Positions 8,357 to 15,363 of a stretch of DNA of 28,245 nucleotides are shown here, piece by piece (the stretch's first letter is position 1; each line of letters opens with the position of its first letter). Source of the stretch: Candidatus Iainarchaeum sp. (lineage in GTDB: Archaea > Iainarchaeota > Iainarchaeia > JAADDC01); the NCBI GenBank assembly GCA_015520865.1, contig WAPE01000045.1, forward strand, positions 1-28,245, read 5' to 3'. Both the position numbers and the translations under genes were made by a program. The notes beneath the pieces were generated by a model. It made no database searches. It was given only the letters and a program-made list of their open reading frames with translations, and had not been told where the DNA came from.

Positions 8357-8490
8357 GGGGCCGTGGCGCAGTCTGGCAGCGCGTCGGGCTCCAGAGTGTT
8401 CCTCTGGAGCGCAGAGGGCTTCCGATGAAGAACTTCGGGTCTGAACACGGAGAGACCCGAAGGTCCGGGGTTCGAATCCCCGCGGCCCCA
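8357..8490 (+). tRNA. trnW: tRNA-Trp(CCA) with 60-nt intron at 37/38; CCA end not encoded
   Basis: Acceptor stem GGGGCCG/CGGCCCC, D stem GCGC/GCGC, anticodon stem TCGGG/CCCGA, anticodon CCA at 8391-8393, T arm CGGGG-TTCGAAT-CCCCG. Intron 8395-8454 forms a canonical bulge-helix-bulge (CTCC/GGAG central helix, GTGTTC/GAACAC outer helix). Confidence 0.97.
8395..8454 (+). ncRNA. tRNA-Trp intron-encoded box C/D-like guide RNA
   Basis: CTCTGGAGC (8402-8410) complements the anticodon loop region and is followed by D'-like CAGA (8412-8415). C'-like ATGAAGA at 8425-8431. CTTCGGGT (8433-8440) complements positions 38-45 and is followed by CTGA (8441-8444). Guide introns in tRNA-Trp are established in euryarchaea. 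Confidence 0.75.
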
Positions 8491-8510
8491 CTTAGGATAA
8501 TCTTCGTATA

Positions 8511-11500
8511 TTAAGAACAGCCTAGACTACTCCAGTTAATTGCCCAGATAAGGGTATTATTGTTGTTAAGAGTCGGCTGATTAGACAAGTTTTGAATAAC
8601 CTGACTGGTACAGTTACTGTTGTTCGTCGGAGAAACGCAATGATTATTCTTACAGACACAGTCATTGCTGCTGCAGTTGCTACCACTGTTGTTACAACAA
8701 GCGTACCAGCCTAGGATCTCGTAATCATTCTTGTAATTTCCGTTGAGGAAAACACCGTAGATTTCGTTATCGTTGCTGTTATCCAGCAGGTTCTTTGTAA
8801 CGTCCTTTGGTTTCAACGCGGCTATAATAAGGTCGTCGTAGAGGTTGTTTTCCACAGCTTTCTTTACGAGTGTTAGGTATCGAGGTGATTGGTTACTATT
8901 ATTCAAATTAGAACACTTCCCGACAAGGTGGAGCACAACCTCGAGGATTCTTCCATTTTCTGTGGCCACGGATTCGGGTACGACGTTAGCTTCATAAAAA
9001 ACGCCAGGATATTTACAACCCTGATTATCAATATCGAAGACTATGTTGATGTCGAACCCGCCGTTTCCGGCGTTCTTGAAGTAGACGTAGTTATCTCCGA
9101 AGGTAACAAGGTTATCTTCCCTGTCTGGTAGCGTTGAAAGGTACGGCACAACAACCCAATTTAGCTTTAATCCGTATACAGTACCATCCGCCGGGTGGTT
9201 TTTTAGGAACTCATAATCAATAGATTTCTTTCCTGCATTACCCGTTGGCGACAGAAGGTTATTGGATGTAAGACTATTTATGTTGCAAGTCTGAACGTTC
9301 CCCGTAGTGGTTGAACACGCTTTGTCGGTAGCAACCTCCGCTATCAGGTAAGAAAGCTGATATAGGTCGCCGAGTTCTTTGTCAAAGGTATCATTCTTGA
9401 CGAAGAAACTCCCGACCCCTATGATCCTGCCGAGGGGAACCGGCTGGAAGTTTGATTCATTACCCTTACTCTCGTAGGAATAAAAACGGTTTAGATCGAG
9501 CGCTCTTACTAAGGGATCACTGGTTGATGAGTTGCTGCTCGCACAGGGATTGGGTATACCATTGCTCTGCGGGGGGCAGGAGGAAGAATTTTTGTAGCAG
9601 ATTGCAATATTACAGTTTTCAGATAGGTATATTCCGTTCTTTCTCAATACCTTTAGAAGGGCGAGGTAGAGTGGTTCCCAATCTTTATCGTTGCATTTTT
9701 TGTAGAGGTGCGCGACAAGATAATCATAGCAACTATTACTATTGCAGGAACTATCAATTTTAATCGGGCAGTTATTTGATAAATCGGCTGTGTTTGCGAG
9801 CATTATCCTCTTACTTGTAGAGGCAACTTCGATAGGACCGTCATAGACAATGAAATAAAAGGTAGGCTTGATGTTGTCGATAGGTCGCGTTATAGTTATT
9901 GTATCCCACGTCACCTTTGTCTCGCTCGCCTTGTTTGATCTTTTTTCAGCGACCCATTTATAACCTAATTCAACCAGGATTCGGAACGTGCTATCTTCCC
10001 TGAACTGGCAGAAAGTTTCTTCCTCTTTGTTTATAGACATTGTAGGATCTGCTTTGAGAAGGTAATCCTGAATTCCGAGCTTGGGTTTTAAGGTTATATA
10101 CGGGCCACAGAGGTTGTATGCGGAAAGATTATGGGAAAAGATCTGACGGAATACCTCTTTTCCGAAAACACCTACGGGAAAAGAAACCTTTATACCGTAG
10201 GAATAATCCTCCGGAATGATAACGGGGGTTTGTATACTAGCTGTAACACTGAAATTTACTTCGTCTCCAGGTTCTAGGTTTATATCCTCAAGATCTTCTG
10301 GGAAAAGAAAAGAGATCTTATTCTCCTCTTCGGGGGAATTATACAATGGTTGTAGCTTTAGCTCTGAAAGATAGAGGGGTACAACGAGGTCGCTGCAATT
10401 ATTTTTTATGTCAAATATGTCTGTTATGACGAACTTTCCGTTCCCAGCAGAGGGACCTTCTACCTTTCTTTTTATATAAAGGCACTTAGCAAATAGGCCG
10501 TATTGAATATAGAAAGGTACATAGGTTTTGCCCAATGGGATACCGTCAAGCAATACTAATGCGTCTATCTCTTCTCTCCTACCCATACCTAGGCAGGCGT
10601 CGGAGTTCCAGTTAAAAACTGCTGTCTTCCCATTTATTTCGACCCTTAGACCACACCCATTTTGATACCGGGCTGACAAACTTATATGGCCCGGTAGCGG
10701 ACCTTTTATGACCAAAGTCCGCTTTACTTTTTTACCCTTTTCAAGGATCACATAGGGATCTACCGGATACACATTAATGTCTTCTGCTGTGATCGCCTTT
10801 CTACCATCAAAGGCATCCTCATATCCAACGGCAGAAGCAACAATGTTTAACTCCATACAATCTTCGTAGAAGGATAGTATTCCCTTCGTTTGACCCGACG
10901 TCGACGCCAAGAGCTTCCCGTCACAGTAGACCGTTAAGGAAACGGGAGTTTCAGGATCGTTTAGATCCATATCGTAAACCCTGTACTCCACCTTCAGCTT
11001 TCTCTTCCTTACGAACCAGCCTGGTGGATAAACGATATTTGTTTCTGCGTCTATGACGTTGAGGTCCATAAAGAGCGGACCGAAGTGGGGCGTGTAAACG
11101 GACCAGGTACCAAGATAGTCCTTCTCTATCACCCTTTTTCCAGCCTTTGCAATAAGGTAGAAGTCCAAGGATTCTTCGTCCAGCGGATAGAAGTTTGCCT
11201 CAATCTTGTAAACCTTCCCTTTCTCTACCTTTCCTGAATAGGTTCCGAGGATCTCCTCCCTACCATTTGAGTGTTGCATAACGAGCATAACGTTGACCTC
11301 GTCTTCCAAGCTTCCCCTGAAGGCGACCTTCGCGGTATAACTATTCAACGCGTTGAGGGTTTCGCCAGGGCCGACTTCTACCCCATTTTCATCGAAGATG
11401 GAGAAGATATAACAGAGGTAATCTCCGCAGGTGAACTCCTTTCCGACGGGGAGGACGACGCTGTAGCTGTTTCCCTCCATTGCGTAGGTAAACGTCGCAA

Positions 11501-13544
11501 TGTTGTCCGGATATCCTAGATCAACGTGAATCTTTATCCTTACGTTCTTCACAGAGAAGGCTCGTGAGGAGAGCGTGATAGTCGCCCCGTGCTCCCCTAT
11601 TTCGCCCTCTGGATCTGTCCAGACAACAGACATTCCATCCGGAATGAAGAGGTTGAAATCAACCATTCCCCTAAAGCCTACCTCGAAGTTTAGAATGTAA
11701 TCCTTCCCTGGCTGGAGGGATCCGACCTTCTTTCCGTCGGTGGATTTCACTCCGATGAACTTCACGTAGTCCTTCGTCTTTTCTGGGAAGTTTACCTCTA
11801 GGGTATAGCTATCAACGGAAGGAACGGCGTAGGGGCCTGCTTCGATTATTACGCCTCCGTAGTTGACGTCAACAACGACTCCGATAAGGGGAGGAACATC
11901 GATCTGAAACGTTCCATCGAGGCCCGTCATCCCGTTCCCAAGCTTGTACCCCCTCTCGTCATAAACGGTAACGATGGCCCCTGGCAGGGGCTTTCCACCT
12001 CGCTCAACGAGGATCGTGAGCGATACCTTCTGCTGGGCGAAATAGATAGGTACAACAACGGTGTTGTTTTCCGTGACGTTGAACTCGTCTGAAGAGGCAA
12101 CGGTTGAGAGGAACTCCGCTACAGCGGTGTAGCTTCCCACCGGAACTCCCTTGAAGGTTACTTCGCCCTTGACGTCGGTTGTTCCCTTGAAGCCCGTGTC
12201 GTTTCCAGAATCATCGACGAGATAAACCGTCGCGTTGGGTAGTGGATCATTTGTTGGACTGTAAACAACGACCTTCACGTTACCCCTCTTTATAACCCTC
12301 ACGAGACTTACCGTCTTTGATTCTCCGGTGCAGATCTTCCCCGAGTTGGACTCGTAGTTCTTAGCTGTCACGGTATAGGTTCCACAACCCTCCCCAGAGA
12401 GCTCTATGGTTGCCTTTCCGTTCTTCGCAGTTCGCTCTATCTTCTGTCCATTGAACGATAGAACGATCCTCGCCCCGTCGATGAGCTCCCCGGTATTAGC
12501 ATCCCTAACGGTGAACGAAACGCTGAATAGCTCCTTGGGTGTCTTGAGAACGAGATCAACGATCTGTGTATCCTGCAGAACCGTGAAGGGGGAGCCATCG
12601 ACGACTTCAGTAGCCACGTAGTGGTTGTTTAGCAGGACCTGAGCCGAGACGACCCGATAGGTTCCAATAGCCAGCCTTAAGGGAGTAGAAGCCCCTGCCC
12701 TGATCCTCACAGGTGTTCCGGTTCCAGGAGAGTTTACCGGGGCAATGTAGATCATTCCGTCGACGGGCTTGTCTATCTCGTCATAGGAGGCTTTTATGGT
12801 AACCGTCGCGAACCTCTGAGCCTCTACGACCTCTTCCTTCTTGGAAGAAGCCTTCACAAGGGTCAGTGTAATAAGGCTGGGTAGATCGGTGAGGGAGTAG
12901 CTCACGGTTTTCGTGCCATAGCCCTCCTTCGACGCTTCAAAAGTTATCTTAGAACCTGGTGACGCGAGGATGCAGCCCTTTGCCTTGACCTCGGTGAAGC
13001 ACACTTCAAAGTTACTTCCGCTGTCCGAAAATACCTCGGTACCATCTACAGAGATCGTCAGATGAGCATCCAAGGGAGCTCCATCTTGATCGACAATCTT
13101 CACCTTCGTGAAGTAGCGCTTGGGTTCGAGGATGATGTACGTCGCCTCTTCCTCCTTTCTCACGTTGCTAAACTGGTAACCCTCGTAGATGGCCCCCCTG
13201 AAGAGAACCTCTCTCCCTTCTATGACGATCTTTCCCTCGCTGTCGGTCGTAAAGACCTTCTTCACACCATCGACGACAAAGGTAGCCTTTACGCCTACCA
13301 GCGGGTTTCCGAGGGCGTCGGTGAAGTAGAAGATGTGGGTAGGAACCATAAACGCCGAATACAGCCACCATCCAAGGGCCAAAAGGACGGCAATTGTTAT
13401 CCCGGAGAAGAGGTAGAAGGTGTTGATTCCGTGGGATTCCAAGGGTCCTACGATCTTGTCTACCGGAATCCCTCGAGCCATGAGGCTGTCTAGGAAGGAG
13501 TAGTACGCATCCTCCAGCCGCTCGAGCAGCCCTTTAAGGTCCAT
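8511..13544 (-). CDS. Large (1677 aa) membrane-anchored surface protein with carboxypeptidase-regulatory-like/Ig-like repeats and an Asn/Cys-rich C-terminus
   Basis: Short N-terminal helical region, one TM (FYLFSGITIAVLLALGWWLYSAFMV), about six repeats starting with a D-x-x-G-x-P-L/V-like motif, and many N-x-S/T sequons. TTTATA 24 nt upstream of the ATG. Confidence 0.85.
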   Translation of the reverse strand: MDLKGLLERLEDAYYSFLDSLMARGIPVDKIVGPLESHGINTFYLFSGITIAVLLALGWWLYSAFMVPTHIFYFTDALGNPLVGVKATFVVDGVKKVFTTDSEGKIVIEGREVLFRGAIYEGYQFSNVRKEEEATYIILEPKRYFTKVKIVDQDGAPLDAHLTISVDGTEVFSDSGSNFEVCFTEVKAKGCILASPGSKITFEASKEGYGTKTVSYSLTDLPSLITLTLVKASSKKEEVVEAQRFATVTIKASYDEIDKPVDGMIYIAPVNSPGTGTPVRIRAGASTPLRLAIGTYRVVSAQVLLNNHYVATEVVDGSPFTVLQDTQIVDLVLKTPKELFSVSFTVRDANTGELIDGARIVLSFNGQKIERTAKNGKATIELSGEGCGTYTVTAKNYESNSGKICTGESKTVSLVRVIKRGNVKVVVYSPTNDPLPNATVYLVDDSGNDTGFKGTTDVKGEVTFKGVPVGSYTAVAEFLSTVASSDEFNVTENNTVVVPIYFAQQKVSLTILVERGGKPLPGAIVTVYDERGYKLGNGMTGLDGTFQIDVPPLIGVVVDVNYGGVIIEAGPYAVPSVDSYTLEVNFPEKTKDYVKFIGVKSTDGKKVGSLQPGKDYILNFEVGFRGMVDFNLFIPDGMSVVWTDPEGEIGEHGATITLSSRAFSVKNVRIKIHVDLGYPDNIATFTYAMEGNSYSVVLPVGKEFTCGDYLCYIFSIFDENGVEVGPGETLNALNSYTAKVAFRGSLEDEVNVMLVMQHSNGREEILGTYSGKVEKGKVYKIEANFYPLDEESLDFYLIAKAGKRVIEKDYLGTWSVYTPHFGPLFMDLNVIDAETNIVYPPGWFVRKRKLKVEYRVYDMDLNDPETPVSLTVYCDGKLLASTSGQTKGILSFYEDCMELNIVASAVGYEDAFDGRKAITAEDINVYPVDPYVILEKGKKVKRTLVIKGPLPGHISLSARYQNGCGLRVEINGKTAVFNWNSDACLGMGRREEIDALVLLDGIPLGKTYVPFYIQYGLFAKCLYIKRKVEGPSAGNGKFVITDIFDIKNNCSDLVVPLYLSELKLQPLYNSPEEENKISFLFPEDLEDINLEPGDEVNFSVTASIQTPVIIPEDYSYGIKVSFPVGVFGKEVFRQIFSHNLSAYNLCGPYITLKPKLGIQDYLLKADPTMSINKEEETFCQFREDSTFRILVELGYKWVAEKRSNKASETKVTWDTITITRPIDNIKPTFYFIVYDGPIEVASTSKRIMLANTADLSNNCPIKIDSSCNSNSCYDYLVAHLYKKCNDKDWEPLYLALLKVLRKNGIYLSENCNIAICYKNSSSCPPQSNGIPNPCASSNSSTSDPLVRALDLNRFYSYESKGNESNFQPVPLGRIIGVGSFFVKNDTFDKELGDLYQLSYLIAEVATDKACSTTTGNVQTCNINSLTSNNLLSPTGNAGKKSIDYEFLKNHPADGTVYGLKLNWVVVPYLSTLPDREDNLVTFGDNYVYFKNAGNGGFDINIVFDIDNQGCKYPGVFYEANVVPESVATENGRILEVVLHLVGKCSNLNNSNQSPRYLTLVKKAVENNLYDDLIIAALKPKDVTKNLLDNSNDNEIYGVFLNGNYKNDYEILGWYACCNNSGSNCSSNDCVCKNNHCVSPTNNSNCTSQVIQNLSNQPTLNNNNTLIWAINWSSLGCS

Positions 13545-13579
13545 TCGCTTAATATAACCTTTCTTCCCTATAAAAAGTT

Positions 13580-13635
13580 AGCGATGATGAGTGAATGGGC
13601 AGACCGACCGGTGAGGAGAAGGAGGTGAGCTGAGC
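13580..13635 (+). ncRNA. Box C/D small RNA (2'-O-methylation guide)
   Basis: Box C ATGATGA 13584-13590; 13-nt guide; D' CCGA 13604-13607; 3-nt spacer; C' GTGAGGA 13611-13617; 12-nt guide; box D CTGA 13630-13633. Canonical order and spacing, 50 nt from C to D. TATA-like TTAATATA at 13549-13556. Exact ends are uncertain. Confidence 0.8.
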
Positions 13636-14706
13636 ATATTCGCTGTTACCGTCGTCGGGGGAGGTATCGGCTCCTTTATCGCTAAAAGGCTTTCCGAGAT
13701 GGGATGGAAGGTAGAGCTCTACGAGAAAAACCCAAATAGACATGTAACCTGCGGAGGTCTTGTTAGTAACGACACACTCCTAGATTTCCCGTTCCTCGAA
13801 GAGTATGTCATCAACCGTATCGACGGCGCGATTATATCGGCGGGAGAAGAATCTATAACCGTCGAGCGGCGTGGGGTGGCCTGGGTTCTCAACAGGGATG
13901 AAATGTTTAGAGGTATGATCGAATCGGCGGTTTCCAGTGGCGTGGAGGTAAAGGAAGAGGTGTGGACGCCAGAAAAAGGTTCTGGAAGGGTTTTGGTGGG
14001 AGCCGATGGAGCGCTTTCTTCCGTAAGGAGCTTGGTAACGTCGGAAAACCCCACCTACATCCTTGGTTATCAGGGAATTGCCCGCTGGAAGGAGGACGAT
14101 CACCTTGTTAGGGTAGATTTTGGCGAATGGGGCCCAAACTTCTTTGGATGGGTTATTCCATTGGGAGACGGAGCCGCCCACGTCGGAGTCGGAGTTCCCC
14201 TTGAAAGATCCGGGCTAGCCCATCAACTCCTTCTTAAGTATGCCAACTACCTCGGTGTTGAGGTCAAAAAAGAAGAAGGGCGACTTATTCCGGTATCCAG
14301 GCCGTTGAAGATGGTCGCCCGAGGCAACACTCTTTTAATAGGCGATGCAGCGGTCCACGTGAAAGCATCAACCGGTGGAGGATTGGCATACGGGCTTAAA
14401 GGAGCAGCAACTGCCGCAGAGGTTATAAACCGTTTTCTCGGGGACGAAGGAAAGCTAGAAGAGTATAATACCGTCCACAGAAAGCACTTTCTACCGAAAC
14501 TAAAGCTCCACTGGTTCATTCACAGGTTCTACAACGAGGCAGACCTTCCTAATTTACTTAAACAGCTTCAGGAGGGTGGTTTGGTCGAGGAGTTATCGAA
14601 AAAGGGCTCTATGGACGATCCTTCCTTCTTCCTCTCACTGCGCTTCCTTCCTCTTATCTTCCGAACCTTCGGTCCCTTCGTGAGAACTCTTCCAGAACTG
14701 CTCTAA
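13636..14706 (+). CDS. Geranylgeranyl reductase family flavoprotein (DGGGPL reductase-like), probable non-canonical start
   Basis: TCGGLVS, GADGALS, FFGWVIP and IGDAAVHVKASTGGGLAYG motifs. The frame extends upstream of ATG 13699 to include the FAD-binding strand FAVTVVGGGIGS, but an in-frame TGA at 13612 leaves only CTG 13630 or ATA 13636 as candidate starts. Confidence 0.8.
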   Translation: MFAVTVVGGGIGSFIAKRLSEMGWKVELYEKNPNRHVTCGGLVSNDTLLDFPFLEEYVINRIDGAIISAGEESITVERRGVAWVLNRDEMFRGMIESAVSSGVEVKEEVWTPEKGSGRVLVGADGALSSVRSLVTSENPTYILGYQGIARWKEDDHLVRVDFGEWGPNFFGWVIPLGDGAAHVGVGVPLERSGLAHQLLLKYANYLGVEVKKEEGRLIPVSRPLKMVARGNTLLIGDAAVHVKASTGGGLAYGLKGAATAAEVINRFLGDEGKLEEYNTVHRKHFLPKLKLHWFIHRFYNEADLPNLLKQLQEGGLVEELSKKGSMDDPSFFLSLRFLPLIFRTFGPFVRTLPELL

Positions 14707-15316
14707 AATCACTTATCTCCATCTCCGGCCAGAGCTTTGGGTAAAAGATGAACTCCGCATAGGCGGACTGAAGCGGTAAAAACCCGCTCAGCCGTTCTTC
14801 CCCAGAGGTCCTTACAACGAGGTCCACGTCGGGGAAGTCCGGCAGGTAGAAGTATTTCCTGAGATCTTCGTAGCTGTTGGGGTTTTTTGCTAATCTCGCT
14901 GCTCTAACAACTTCGTAAACACCTGAATAGCCAACTAAAAGCCCAACTTTCGGCCAATTCCCTTCGCTCTCCCTTTCTACCCTTTTCATGAGATCCACGA
15001 GCTCTCTGGGAAGGAGGTTTAATTCTCCTCCAAAGCGGAACTCCGCCTCGGGCCTTTTCTCGAGGAATTCGAGGAGCTTCTTTTTGAGGAGCTTGAATAG
15101 GAGTGATAATTCTGCTTTCGATCTCCTTTGAAGGTTTTCCAGCGAGAGGGTGTAGAAGTACACGTATTTTATCTTTGTTTCCTCTTTTAGAAACCGAAGG
15201 GCCATCTCTGCCTTCTGAATGCCTCTTTTGTAGGCCTCGAAAAGGGAAATACCGTGTTTCTTGGCGTAGCGCCGATTTCCGTCGGGAATAATACCAACGG
15301 CCTTTGGATCCCCCAT
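14654..15316 (-). CDS. uppS: cis-prenyltransferase (undecaprenyl/polyprenyl diphosphate synthase family)
   Basis: AVGIIPDGNRRYA, FYTLSLENLQR, DLVVRTSGEERLSGFLPLQSAYAE and WPE motifs. Confidence 0.95.
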   Translation of the reverse strand: MGDPKAVGIIPDGNRRYAKKHGISLFEAYKRGIQKAEMALRFLKEETKIKYVYFYTLSLENLQRRSKAELSLLFKLLKKKLLEFLEKRPEAEFRFGGELNLLPRELVDLMKRVERESEGNWPKVGLLVGYSGVYEVVRAARLAKNPNSYEDLRKYFYLPDFPDVDLVVRTSGEERLSGFLPLQSAYAEFIFYPKLWPEMEISDFRAVLEEFSRRDRRFGR

Positions 15317-15363
15317 CGGTGGAAAAGATGGGGGATTATCCCTAAAAAGAAGCTACACCATAT

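Noticed and set aside
8511-8600. Giant surface protein as the archaeosortase substrate
   Set aside because: Its C-terminus lacks a motif-TM-basic sorting signal, and it is already anchored at the N-terminus.
8460-13544. Integrated element at tRNA-Trp
   Set aside because: No integrase and no duplicated tRNA 3' end seen in the window. The flanking genes look chromosomal.
13612-13614. In-frame TGA upstream of the reductase as selenocysteine or a recoded stop
   Set aside because: TGA serves as a normal stop for several genes here, and reading through it meets further stops with no useful extension.
13584-13628. 14-aa upstream ORF MMSEWADRPVRRRR
   Set aside because: Its ATGs are box C of the sRNA, and the four-box C/D layout explains the sequence better. 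Incidental translation cannot be excluded.
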